Made by a program: the position numbers and the translations under genes
Shown: positions 26,982 through 36,885 of the stretch, one piece after another
Position numbering within the stretch: position 1 is the stretch's first letter
Layout: each line of letters begins with the position of its first letter
From: Paludibacter sp.
GTDB lineage: Bacteria > Bacteroidota > Bacteroidia > Bacteroidales > Paludibacteraceae
NCBI GenBank assembly: GCA_036787795.1
Contig: DAIQOQ010000001.1
Coordinates: 1,827-40,967 of the forward strand
Reading direction: 5' to 3'
Length of the DNA stretch: 39,141 nt
Notes under the pieces: model-generated
Told to the model about the DNA's origin: nothing
Seen by the model: the letters and a program-made list of their open reading frames with translations, nothing else
Databases searched by the model: none

Positions 26982-27755
26982 TTATTCAATATTCTTTCTC
27001 ACCTTCTTCAAAAAAGCTTGCATCCGGTCGGTGTCTTTTTCTTCAATAATGTCCAATAGAACTTTCAACTCCGCCCGGATATTCTCAACTTGTTTGGGCG
27101 TGTTCGGGTTGAATAAAATTTCCGTTAGCAGATAATCATCTTCCGACAACAACCCTTTGGCAATGTCCATGTGTCGTTTGAATGTTGTTCCCGGTGCTTC
27201 CTGTGGTTTCATTACCGAAGCAAAAACTAGCGTTGATGCAAATGGAATGGATAATGAATAGGCTATCGTTTCGTCGTGCTCGTCGAAGCTGTATTCAAAT
27301 ATTTTCAACCGCAGCGATCCGTACAAATCTTTGAAAAAAGCTTTGCCCATATGGTCCGATTCCGAAATAATAATGGCGCTTTGAGTACTAAGATTATCGA
27401 GTGTGGCAAAGGTGGGACCGAACATAGGATGAGTAGAAACATAACGCATACCGGTACTTTCGTAGTATGCCTGCAAACCGGTTTTTACCGAAGCAATATC
27501 TGAAATAATACAGTTCTTAGGCAGATACGGCAATATGGTTTGAAAAGCTTCAATGGTAAACTTTAATGTTACGCAATTGATTACCAACTCCGGCTCGAAA
27601 GCCCGAACTTCTTCATAATCGGTCATGCGATAGGTGTTGAACACAAAGCGCAACCGTTTCGGGTCGGTGTCAAATAAAGCCACTTCGTGCTGAATGCACA
27701 AAACATCGGTAAGGAATGTGCCCATTTTTCCGGCACCAAGAATTAATATTTTCAT
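26982..27755 (-). CDS. tyrA: Prephenate dehydrogenase
   Basis: MKILILGAGKMG Rossmann motif, SDIASVK, HPMFGP, EHD. ATG 27755 preferred. Confidence 0.93.
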   Translation of the reverse strand: MKILILGAGKMGTFLTDVLCIQHEVALFDTDPKRLRFVFNTYRMTDYEEVRAFEPELVINCVTLKFTIEAFQTILPYLPKNCIISDIASVKTGLQAYYESTGMRYVSTHPMFGPTFATLDNLSTQSAIIISESDHMGKAFFKDLYGSLRLKIFEYSFDEHDETIAYSLSIPFASTLVFASVMKPQEAPGTTFKRHMDIAKGLLSEDDYLLTEILFNPNTPKQVENIRAELKVLLDIIEEKDTDRMQAFLKKVRKNIE

Positions 27756-27856
27756 TTTTTTGAGTAAACTAGTAAACAAGTAAACGTGTTGACTGGGAAC
27801 GAAAGTTTATTTGTGCTTACAAAATTGTGCTTGTAAATATTTTGTTTTTCAGACAG

Positions 27857-27864
27857 CAAAGGTA
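27857..27864 (-). promoter_or_regulatory. -7 element (TACCTTTG) for tyrA
   Basis: TAnnTTTGC match about 100 nt upstream of the ATG. Confidence 0.5.
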
Positions 27865-27912
27865 AATAAAAAAGCTACAACTTTTCCATCGGTACATCAT
27901 CATATTATCACA

Positions 27913-29244
27913 TTATAACATCGCCACATCCTTTTTCTTTCCATATTCTTTATCAATTTTCAGAAATGGAATAATTGCTAATGTAGGAATGGCACAAATC
28001 ATAATCCAGATAAAAAAATGTTGGTAGCCAAAGATGTTTTGCAACCAACCGGCTATCATGCCCGGAAGCATCATACCCAAAGCCATAAATCCGGTGCAAA
28101 TGGCATAATGAGCCGTTTTATGCTCTCCGTCGGCAAAGTAAATCATATAAAGCATGTAGGCGGTGAATCCGAATCCGTAGCCGAATTGCTCAATGGCTAC
28201 TGCGATATTTATAAGGATAAAACTCGTAGGGAGTGCCCACGACAGATACACGTAAGCCAAATGTGGTAGTGTAATGCTCAGAGCCATGGGCCAAATCCAG
28301 AATTTCAATCCTTTGCGTGAGGCTGCAATTCCACCTGTAATTCCGCCCAGCGTTAATGCAATGATGCCTACCGTTCCGTAAACCAGTCCCACTTGTTCGG
28401 TGCTGAGACCGAGTCCGCCAACAGTTCGGGCATCGAGTAGGAAAGGAGAAGCCATTTTTACCAGCATAGCTTCACCCAATCGGTAAAGCAACATAAATAT
28501 GATGGCCAGCAGGGTTCCTTTTTTCTGAAAAAAAGAAGCAAAGGTAAGCCCGAATTCACGGAAAATCTCTTTTGGAGTGCTGCCTGCTTTTGTCGAATCG
28601 GAATCGGGATAAGGTAGTGCAAAGCGGTGATAAACGAAGAATGACACAAAAAGTCCCGATAATACAAAGAAGGTGATGCTCCATGCCAGCCGAAGATTAC
28701 CTGTATAATGTTCTAACATGCCGGCCAGAATAATCAGCAATCCTTGGCCTGAAATCATGGCCAACCTATAGAATGTGCTTCGGATTCCTACAAAAAAAGA
28801 TTGTTCCGGGCTATCTAATGCCAACATATAAAATCCATCGGCGGCAATATCGTGCGTGGCCGAGCTGAAAGCTATAAGCCACAATACCGCCAGTGTAGCC
28901 TGAAAGAAAAACGGCATTGGGATGAGAAAAGCGACTCCTGCCAATCCGGCTCCGATAAGCAATTGCATTGCAACTATCCACCAACGCTTGGTTTTGATAA
29001 TATCTACAAACGGACTCCAAAAAGGCTTGATGACCCATGGCAGATACAGCCAACTTGTATAAAGGGCAATATCCGTATTGGAAATACCGAGGCGTTTGTA
29101 CATTATTACCGCAACTGTCATAGCTACCACATAGGGGATTCCTTCGGCAAAATAGAGGGTCGGTATCCACGACCAGGGAGATTTACCCCCAGCCCCTAAA
29201 GTGGAGTTGAGGTTTGTTGTATCTATCCTGTTTTTTTTCTTCAT
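27913..29244 (-). CDS. ampG: AmpG family muropeptide MFS transporter
   Basis: PW.WIPTLYFAEG, LPWVIKPFWSP.VD, SATHDIAADG, about 12 TM helices. Confidence 0.88.
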   Translation of the reverse strand: MKKKNRIDTTNLNSTLGAGGKSPWSWIPTLYFAEGIPYVVAMTVAVIMYKRLGISNTDIALYTSWLYLPWVIKPFWSPFVDIIKTKRWWIVAMQLLIGAGLAGVAFLIPMPFFFQATLAVLWLIAFSSATHDIAADGFYMLALDSPEQSFFVGIRSTFYRLAMISGQGLLIILAGMLEHYTGNLRLAWSITFFVLSGLFVSFFVYHRFALPYPDSDSTKAGSTPKEIFREFGLTFASFFQKKGTLLAIIFMLLYRLGEAMLVKMASPFLLDARTVGGLGLSTEQVGLVYGTVGIIALTLGGITGGIAASRKGLKFWIWPMALSITLPHLAYVYLSWALPTSFILINIAVAIEQFGYGFGFTAYMLYMIYFADGEHKTAHYAICTGFMALGMMLPGMIAGWLQNIFGYQHFFIWIMICAIPTLAIIPFLKIDKEYGKKKDVAML

Positions 29245-29291
29245 AATGTATTAATAAAAATATTTCTGACTCCCCTTTAGGGGTTGGGGGT
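29185..29291. repeat. Second inverted pair of the same REP-like family, one copy inside ampG
   Basis: 29185-29207 ACCCCCAGCCCCTAAAGTGGAGT vs reverse complement of 29269-29291 ACCCCCAACCCCTAAAGGGGAGT (21/23). Confidence 0.8.
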
Positions 29292-29296
29292 AGTAG

Positions 29297-30661
29297 CTAA
29301 AGGTATATCCTCTTCAATTCAGCCCCTCTGAAGTAATGCAACAAAATCTTGTCATACGAATATCCTTTTTCGCCCATCACGGCAGCACCAATCTGGCAAA
29401 GTCCCACGCCATGTCCCCAGCCGGCTCCGGTGAGGGTAAAATGTTGCGGAATGCCGTCTACAATATCCGATGTGTCCACTACAAAGGCTGAACTGTACAG
29501 GTGCGAGTTCGATAGCCATTTGCGTATCTCCAACTCTTTGCCAACAATAATGGATCGTTTCGTGCCAGTAATTTTGAGTTCAATAATGCGTCCCGATTCG
29601 CCGCGTTTTACCGGAATCAAATCAATGATCTGTCCAAAGTCAATGCCTGAGCGGCCGGTGAGTATTTCGGATAATTCGGCTTGCGTATATTCTACTTTCC
29701 AGCGATAGAAGTCGGTGGTTTCCTGATCGTAATTGTTGAGCACTTGTGCCAATACCTTTTTATCTGCAGTGTTACAAAATGCTTCAGGCGATTGGCGTAT
29801 CCACTTTTCGGCGCTGGCTTCTACGGTTAAATCCAACTCGAATCCGACCGGATTTGTTGGGTTGTCAATGACCTTGGTGAGGTAGGGGTGATGCTCCGGT
29901 GCCCAACAGTTTTCAAAGGTTTCGGAAGCTCCGCCGCAGGATTTGCTGAAACGGGCATCGCAAATTTTTCCATCGTACATCAATACTTCACCGCGGGTTG
30001 ATTCAGTCGCTTTTTCTACTGCAGCAGTCGATGCTCGCGTAATGCCTTGGTAACGCTGGCAATGATCATCGGCACATACATCGAAATGGGTGTGCGCATC
30101 GCGTTCGTACCATTTAATATATTTGTCGGTTTTTTGTTGTAGAGACAACGCATGCGTTGTCTCTACGGCATGCGTTGCATGCGCGTCATTCGTTGAATCA
30201 CCATTTTTTGTTGTAACGGTATTCATTATGGGGTTCAACAACCAACTTCTCGAAATAACCGCATGTGCCTTTAATAATTCTTCCGATGCGGTGGCACTCA
30301 TTTCGCTGGAAACTACGCTGGTGAGGTAATCTTCGACCGAAATGCAATTGATAGCGGTTAAAATGCAATTTTCAATAATAATTTTCAATGCACCTTTGAA
30401 TCGTTGATTTTCCTTACGTTCCCAATGAAAATTAATGCCAATCACTACATCTATTAAATCGAATGATGCTTCGTTACTGGCAGGTTCAAAGATTATCTCT
30501 TTCAGATATTCACCATCGAAAGCAATAGCTCCATCGCGATATGTGACTTTATGTTTCCCAGAGTAGTTTTTGCCATTTGATGCGAAAGTTCCATTCAGCA
30601 CAAATTCAATTTCATTGGCAGAGAGTATGCCTACTTGTATGGTGGGTTCTGTAATGTTCAT
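29297..30661 (-). CDS. SpoIID/LytB domain protein (lytic transglycosylase-like)
   Basis: VEDYLTSVVSSEM, LKAHAVISRS, VCADDHCQRYQG, FSKSCGG, GAGWGHGVGLCQIGA, ILLHYF. Confidence 0.93.
   Translation of the reverse strand: MNITEPTIQVGILSANEIEFVLNGTFASNGKNYSGKHKVTYRDGAIAFDGEYLKEIIFEPASNEASFDLIDVVIGINFHWERKENQRFKGALKIIIENCILTAINCISVEDYLTSVVSSEMSATASEELLKAHAVISRSWLLNPIMNTVTTKNGDSTNDAHATHAVETTHALSLQQKTDKYIKWYERDAHTHFDVCADDHCQRYQGITRASTAAVEKATESTRGEVLMYDGKICDARFSKSCGGASETFENCWAPEHHPYLTKVIDNPTNPVGFELDLTVEASAEKWIRQSPEAFCNTADKKVLAQVLNNYDQETTDFYRWKVEYTQAELSEILTGRSGIDFGQIIDLIPVKRGESGRIIELKITGTKRSIIVGKELEIRKWLSNSHLYSSAFVVDTSDIVDGIPQHFTLTGAGWGHGVGLCQIGAAVMGEKGYSYDKILLHYFRGAELKRIYL
30139..30166. repeat. Perfect 28-bp GTAG-type REP palindrome inside the SpoIID/LytB CDS
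   Basis: GTAGAGACAACGCATGCGTTGTCTCTAC; translated in frame as VETTHALSL. Confidence 0.88.
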
Positions 30662-30787
30662 TTATTTTTTTTATTCTCGTCAATGCTGTATGTGCTATAG
30701 CTCATAATACAGACTTTTGTTGCCGTGAAGATAGATATATTTTATGAATAGAACAAACGATGAGTAACTGTTTTGTTATCGTTAGAT

Positions 30788-30823
30788 AAAAAAGAGGCTG
30801 TATCACTTTTGATACAGCCTCTT
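30788..30823 (-). terminator. Intrinsic terminator of susC-susD
   Basis: Perfect 14-bp stem AAGAGGCTGTATCA / TGATACAGCCTCTT plus U-run. Confidence 0.85.
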
Positions 30824-30890
30824 CAGAACGGCACAATACTTAATCTTTTTTTTTAATTTATGAATCTATAAAACTTCAACGATAAACCAA

Positions 30891-32912
30891 TTAATTAGAT
30901 TTACTTTCGTCAGCCACGGCATCTTCCCAGTTGTCCCATTTGGATGTGTTCGCATCGTAACCATCATATCCAAAATTTTGGCTAAGCTTGGCACCAATGT
31001 TAGCTGTAATGGCACCGTTAGGAATAGGCCAGAATAGATTGTGTTTGTCAACCTGATAGTTCAAATTAACCTTGGAAAGAATCGTTCCATGATTGAAAAG
31101 ACTATAGTGGGTGAGGCGTTTGAACCAATAACTGCCACCACTGAGGTCGATACCGCCTTGTTTGTCCCAAGTTTTTATGTCGTACACATTACCCCATTCG
31201 TCGGGTTGACCGCTCTTGGCCAGGCACCATGAGATACGGGTCAGCTCGGGTTGACGCCATTCTTCCATATAGAGTTCGCGAGCACGTTCATCGCATATAT
31301 CTCCAATTGTGACAGTTGTAAACATTTTCTTGGCATTGGCACGACTACGAACGACATTCACATCCTGAGCTGCACCTGCGGCATTCCCCTGATAAAATCT
31401 GGCCTCCGCACGGAGTAAATAAGTCTCAGCTAGACGGAAGAGGTACATATTACCGTTAGAGCAGGAAGTACCTTTGGTTGCCCCATTGAATTGGTTAGCA
31501 CCCATGTTTTGCTCTGCAGCAACGTCGAGAATGTACATTTTATACAGTGGTATAGGGAACCAACTACGGATAGTGTCCTTACACAAAAGAGTACCCTTGG
31601 CAACAATCACTTTGCCGTTTGCATCCTTGTAATCTTCAGTGGCATATAACTGCATGTTTTTGCCAAAAAAAGGAGAATTGGGTCTATTGTATTTTATATC
31701 TTCCATTTCTACCCAATTGCCCATAGCACGGTTATGACGCAGATCCTGAGTGTCGATTTCGCCATTATAACTCCAGATGGTCTTGTTGTAGTGATAAGAG
31801 GTACGGAAGCATCCGATGCCACGACCCAGCACTCGTAACCAGTCAAGTTGAGAATTGTATGAGCTAGTGTTGCGAGCCCAATTGAATGTAGGAGAACCTA
31901 TACCGCTTGGATCCATGATATCGCCATTAGACCAATGAACACCCAAAGCACGCATGGTAAGATACTGTGTAAAGTTCTGGTCATTATAGTTCAAAATAGG
32001 AAGTATGGTTTCTTTGTTGGCTACCGCGGTAATATTTTCTCCACGATGCAAATCCCAAAGCACATTACGTTGTACAGCCCAAGTGGTTGGATTTCCTGAA
32101 GGAACATTCGTTCCGAAAGGTGCAGTCATCAGAGCAAGTCCATGATTTTGAATCAGGTCGGTAGCCATGTCTTCGGCTTTCTTGAAATCGCCGTTCACTA
32201 AATAGCATTTGATCAAAAGTTGCATACAAGCTTCCTGATTCACTGCACCAAGATAAGGCATACTCTTTTGAGCTGGAACGTGGGCAACAGCAAATTCCAA
32301 ATCGTGAATCAACATCTTAAAGATTGCTTCTTTGCTGGTTGATTTATAATTCTGCTTCGGTACTTCAATGATCTTTGTGACCAGAGGTATATCACCGAAC
32401 AGAAGTACCTGATGATAGTATTTGTAGGCACGGTGGAAATAAGCACGTCCTTTGTAGGCATCACGCGTGGCATCGTCAAGTCCCTTAACCTGGTCTACGT
32501 AAGATAGAACCGTGTTGGCATACTTGATCCCGTTCCATGCCTCATCCCAGAAACGGGTCATAGCGTTGGAATCGCCACCTCCGGCCATGCCTGACGTTGG
32601 AGTAATTTTGTTAGCAAAGTCATCCATGATACCACCTCCGGCATCCGTTTTTGCATAAAGGCCTAAGTCACTCATAAAGTAAACGGACGCAATGGGAAGT
32701 ACATTTCCGTTACCATCCATAAGCATGGTTTTATAATGCAAATCGCACATTGCGAGAGCTGCTTGCAAACCGGCTTCAGTAGCATACGTTGTCTTGGGTT
32801 CGTAAAACGACAACGGGTCTTGTTTGAGGAAGCTGTCAGAGCAGCTTGACAGCATGGTTAATGAAGCGAATACCATGCAACCCTTGAACAATTTATATAT
32901 ATTGCTTTTCAT
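30891..32912 (-). CDS. RagB/SusD family nutrient-binding outer-membrane lipoprotein
   Basis: Lipobox LSSC-SDSFL, FHRAY.Y..FGDIP, FRLAETYLLRAEA, DERARELY.E, WPIP, QNFGY. ATG 32912 chosen for signal length. Confidence 0.95.
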   Translation of the reverse strand: MKSNIYKLFKGCMVFASLTMLSSCSDSFLKQDPLSFYEPKTTYATEAGLQAALAMCDLHYKTMLMDGNGNVLPIASVYFMSDLGLYAKTDAGGGIMDDFANKITPTSGMAGGGDSNAMTRFWDEAWNGIKYANTVLSYVDQVKGLDDATRDAYKGRAYFHRAYKYYHQVLLFGDIPLVTKIIEVPKQNYKSTSKEAIFKMLIHDLEFAVAHVPAQKSMPYLGAVNQEACMQLLIKCYLVNGDFKKAEDMATDLIQNHGLALMTAPFGTNVPSGNPTTWAVQRNVLWDLHRGENITAVANKETILPILNYNDQNFTQYLTMRALGVHWSNGDIMDPSGIGSPTFNWARNTSSYNSQLDWLRVLGRGIGCFRTSYHYNKTIWSYNGEIDTQDLRHNRAMGNWVEMEDIKYNRPNSPFFGKNMQLYATEDYKDANGKVIVAKGTLLCKDTIRSWFPIPLYKMYILDVAAEQNMGANQFNGATKGTSCSNGNMYLFRLAETYLLRAEARFYQGNAAGAAQDVNVVRSRANAKKMFTTVTIGDICDERARELYMEEWRQPELTRISWCLAKSGQPDEWGNVYDIKTWDKQGGIDLSGGSYWFKRLTHYSLFNHGTILSKVNLNYQVDKHNLFWPIPNGAITANIGAKLSQNFGYDGYDANTSKWDNWEDAVADESKSN

Positions 32913-32954
32913 TTTGAATTTCTTTATATTGTTTTTCATTTCGAATCTCAGCAT

Positions 32955-35900
32955 TTAAAGAGTGATGTTTAGACCAACATTGAAGCTGCGGGTTGCCAAC
33001 CCTTCAGTTTCAGGATCGCCATATTCCCAACTTGAAATAGTGGCGATGTTGTGGCAACTGGCATTTATCCGAATCTTCTCAACCTGGTACTTGCGTGTCC
33101 ATTTTTGTGGCAGGGTGTAACCTACTGAAATTTCATCAAAACGAACGAAATTACGATTGTAGAGTTTGTTCACACCTCCAGACAAGCCAGTGTTAGGACC
33201 TACAGCATTCAAACGTGCATATTTGTTGGTTGGATTGTCGGGTGTCCAATATTCTTTTTGGGGAACATTATAGGCATTCGTAACTTGAGATCCACCGTTA
33301 TCCTGGTTTAGCCAGTATCCGGCTGTGCTCTTATGTCCCATATAGGAATAGAACGAGAATGAGAATGTGAAATCTTTCCAAAGGGTAAAGTCGTTGCGCA
33401 TATTCCAGTAGATCGGAGGCGCAGTTGTGCCAAGATAAGCTTTATCTTTATCATTGTAAACAGGAACATGTGTTCCGTCTGCAAGGATTTTGTCATCCGC
33501 AGTATAGAGATTTTTAACCTTGATATCACCCGGTCTCTGCCCTACAAGAGCTGCTTCTGCAATATCTTTGGCATTGTTTTGCCAGATACCATCAGTTTCA
33601 TAATCCCAGATTTCACCAACCGGCTTACCAATATACCATTTATTCGAGGTGTCATCCAGTTCTTTGCCATTCGCATCATAAGTATAATAGATGTGATTAA
33701 TGCGATTCTTGTTCAACGAGAAACCGGCAGAGGTACTCCATGCGAAGTCTTTCATCTGAATGTTGTTCGATGTCAACGAAATTTCAAAACCTTGATTCTG
33801 GACTTCACCGAGGTTGGTTGTAATAGAGCTAAATCCGGTGAAACTTGGCAGGCGTTGAGACATAATCATGCCCTTTGTTTTCTTAAAGTAGTATTCGACA
33901 CTACCGGACAGAAGATGATTAAATACAGAGAAGTCCAAACCGACGTTATAAGCATTGGTCTTTTCCCATTGAAGATTGGGTGCTGCCAGACGGTCCATGT
34001 TCAAAGAATTAATAACAGTAGAGGTCCCATTGTTGTAATAAACCATTGGATCTCCTAATTTTAGATTTGCCAATGTTTTATAGACATCATCAGGAACAGG
34101 GTCTTTACTACTAAAGTCGCGGTTTCCATTCGTTCCCCAGGAAAGACGTAATTTCCCCATATCTAACCATTTTTTTGTAGATTCTAAGAACTTTTCATTG
34201 GTAAATGTCCAACCTAGCCCGACTGAACCAAAGTTACCCCATGGATTATTGGCTCCAAAGCCGGAATAACCATCGCGACGGAAAGTACCTGTGATCATGT
34301 AACGGTCGTCATAACTGTAGAACGCGCGTCCCAGATACGAAGTTCCGGTGTAGTGGCTGTCGTAGGTATTAAACGAACTTTGTTCCTTGTTACCACTATC
34401 TGTATAGTGAAATCCGAGAATATCGGTCGGGGCAAGATTGCGAGCATAGATGTAATCGCTCCACGTACGGTGGTTTTCAGCCTCCTGAACCATAGTAACG
34501 GTGAAGTGGTGAATATCATTGAAGGTTCGATCCCAAATAAGAGTGTTGTTCAGATTCAAATCAAAGTTCTTTCCATTTCCACGATTAACCCCTCGGGATG
34601 AAGCAGAAGCATCAGGCAGCTCGGCCGACATAAAGTAACGGTCGTAAAACCATTGATAACGCGGAGCGATATTGAACTGATAGGAGAATCCTAATGGTAA
34701 CGTAACCTTGGCATTAAAGATGGTATTCAATACTGTGTACCCCTTTTCCAGATCATAATATTGACGATCGAAATAATAGTTGTAACCGCCTTTAGTGGCC
34801 TGACCACCCATAGGATATTGCTGGTAGCCCCCGGTTGCAGTGTACATCGAAGCGTACGGTGAATTGCGGAGCATATTATTGTCCCAATAATTACTGCCAA
34901 GCGACACAGCAATATCACCATCGGAACGATCCTGAAAATTAACGTTAGCTCCTATTTCAAGCCAATTAGTAACCTTGGCATTCAATTTAAGATTTGAACG
35001 AAACGCATGATAGTCGTTTCCTCGCACTGCACCCTGATTGTTCATGTAGCCAAACGACATGTAGTAGTTTACGCGATCGGTTGCACCTGAAATACTACCA
35101 TTGTAATCCTGATTAAGACCCGTGCGGAATGTAGCATCATTCCAGTCATAAGTATTTCCAGCCAAAAAGTTGTCAAATACAAGTTTGGAATTGTTCATCT
35201 CTAAACGACGGGCATACAAACTCAGATTTGATTCGCCTGTTGAAGGTCCGAATCCACTTTTCCCAGTAGAGCTGGCCCATGTGGCTTGATCTGCGGTACT
35301 GCGGTTACTGGGATTGTTGAAATAACCGGCGGGGTAAGATAATAGGCCTGTTTTAGAATCAACGGCTTGATAATAACCGTAAAGTCCGTCGGAGCCTTTT
35401 CCATACGTATAGTTCATCATATACCAGTCTTCGCGATAACGCATATAATCACTTGCGTTAAAATAATCGCGATAAGCGGATTTTGAATTGACTGCAAGGT
35501 TGGCACTTACGTTAATAACCGGTTTGCCTACTTTACCTTTTTTTGTGGTGATGATGATGACCCCTGCTGCCGCTTTAGCACCATAAATGGCTGCAGAAGA
35601 AGCATCTTTTAAAATGTCGACCTGAGCAATGTCGTCGGGGTTAATCTCTGAAAGTTCTCCATTGAACGCCATCCCATCCAGCACTATAAGAGGAGCCGAT
35701 TTAGTGCCTAATGAGTTTTGCCCACGCAGCAGAATAGATGCACCGCTACCCTTAGCCGACGCATCGTAGCCTATTTGCAGTCCTGGAGTTCCGCGAAGAA
35801 TGTCTTGGACAGATCCGGGATTTTGGTCGGCAATCTTGTTGGGGTTGATTTGTACAACAGAACCAGTCAAGTCTTTCTTCCGCATTGTGCCATAACCAAC

Positions 35901-36266
35901 AACCACAACTTCATTCATGTTAACTGAGTTGTCTTCAAGTTTTACATTCAACAGAGTTTGAGTTCCTACTTTAACTTCCTGATTATTCATTCCGATATAA
36001 GAGAGCACCAGTACCGTTGAAGGTTCTACGTTACTAAGCGAAAATCCACCGTTGACGTCAGTGATTGTTCCCGCGTTGCTACCTTTTATTTTTACACTGG
36101 CTCCAATTAAAGCTTCCCCATTCTTGTCGGTTACTTTACCTGAAACAGTCCTGTTTTTTTGCTGTGTCGCTGAATTTTGCGCGACTAATTCATTTCCATT
36201 GCTTAAGAATACTGGTGTTAATCCAGTAACTAAAGTCAGGATACATAAAACTTTTTTTACATCCAT
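32955..36266 (-). CDS. SusC/RagA family TonB-dependent outer-membrane transporter
   Basis: CarboxypepD-like N-domain, EVVVVGYG, DILKDASSAAIYG.....GVIIITTK, LQWEKT, C-terminal GLNITL. Confidence 0.96.
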   Translation of the reverse strand: MDVKKVLCILTLVTGLTPVFLSNGNELVAQNSATQQKNRTVSGKVTDKNGEALIGASVKIKGSNAGTITDVNGGFSLSNVEPSTVLVLSYIGMNNQEVKVGTQTLLNVKLEDNSVNMNEVVVVGYGTMRKKDLTGSVVQINPNKIADQNPGSVQDILRGTPGLQIGYDASAKGSGASILLRGQNSLGTKSAPLIVLDGMAFNGELSEINPDDIAQVDILKDASSAAIYGAKAAAGVIIITTKKGKVGKPVINVSANLAVNSKSAYRDYFNASDYMRYREDWYMMNYTYGKGSDGLYGYYQAVDSKTGLLSYPAGYFNNPSNRSTADQATWASSTGKSGFGPSTGESNLSLYARRLEMNNSKLVFDNFLAGNTYDWNDATFRTGLNQDYNGSISGATDRVNYYMSFGYMNNQGAVRGNDYHAFRSNLKLNAKVTNWLEIGANVNFQDRSDGDIAVSLGSNYWDNNMLRNSPYASMYTATGGYQQYPMGGQATKGGYNYYFDRQYYDLEKGYTVLNTIFNAKVTLPLGFSYQFNIAPRYQWFYDRYFMSAELPDASASSRGVNRGNGKNFDLNLNNTLIWDRTFNDIHHFTVTMVQEAENHRTWSDYIYARNLAPTDILGFHYTDSGNKEQSSFNTYDSHYTGTSYLGRAFYSYDDRYMITGTFRRDGYSGFGANNPWGNFGSVGLGWTFTNEKFLESTKKWLDMGKLRLSWGTNGNRDFSSKDPVPDDVYKTLANLKLGDPMVYYNNGTSTVINSLNMDRLAAPNLQWEKTNAYNVGLDFSVFNHLLSGSVEYYFKKTKGMIMSQRLPSFTGFSSITTNLGEVQNQGFEISLTSNNIQMKDFAWSTSAGFSLNKNRINHIYYTYDANGKELDDTSNKWYIGKPVGEIWDYETDGIWQNNAKDIAEAALVGQRPGDIKVKNLYTADDKILADGTHVPVYNDKDKAYLGTTAPPIYWNMRNDFTLWKDFTFSFSFYSYMGHKSTAGYWLNQDNGGSQVTNAYNVPQKEYWTPDNPTNKYARLNAVGPNTGLSGGVNKLYNRNFVRFDEISVGYTLPQKWTRKYQVEKIRINASCHNIATISSWEYGDPETEGLATRSFNVGLNITL

Positions 36267-36432
36267 GATTTTTAGATTTAATTAATATTAGAATAATACA
36301 AATGTTGTTTGAAATACGGCGATTAAACATATTGGTTCGCCACATTAGGATTAACTGGTTTCGTTCTTCATATATTTATTTTAGTTAGAGAATAATCTTA
36401 CAATATCTTCGGAGAATATTGCTTAACGAATG

Positions 36433-36498
36433 CAAATGTATTATATCGCTCATTCAAGGTGGATAACTATTCATTCAAATAGGTTCAAAATTCATTCA
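36433..36498 (-). promoter_or_regulatory. susC promoter: -7 element TACATTTG (36433-36440) and three TGAATGA direct repeats
   Basis: TCATTCA on the plus strand at 36450, 36471 and 36492, exact 21-bp spacing. Confidence 0.65.
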
Positions 36499-36756
36499 TG
36501 GTATTTATTTGGTTGTTATACAGTTTGTTGAATGTGCTGATTCTGAGGTTTGCTTATAGCCTTGAATGAATTCGATATTTTATTTTATCTCATTTTTTAT
36601 TGATTAATTTAAACAGCGAAATGCAAAACAATGTATTTAATCGAAGTTCAATGCTAAGCTTTCTGGTTGTAGGCTGAGCTAAATTGTATTTTTCAATCAG
36701 GTAACAACGTTATTGAGTGGATATCAATTTTCCCCCACATTATTTATTCGAACTAT

Positions 36757-36852
36757 TCGATAGCCTAATGTCGAATGAATCGACATTAGGCTATCGACGC
36801 TCTCAACATTAGGCTGTCGAGACTCTCGACATTAGGCTATCGAGACAATCGA
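36757..36852. repeat. 23-bp-period array of TCGACATTAGGCTATCGA, first copy inverted
   Basis: Inverted copy 36757-36774; direct copies 36780-36797, 36803-36820 (2 mismatches), 36826-36843; terminal TCGA at 36849. Confidence 0.92.
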
Positions 36853-36885
36853 TATTGTTAGTATGGATTGTTGATCGCTAATTTG

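Noticed and set aside
33468..34058. 196-aa plus-strand ORF within susC
   Set aside because: Antisense shadow with no recognisable domain.
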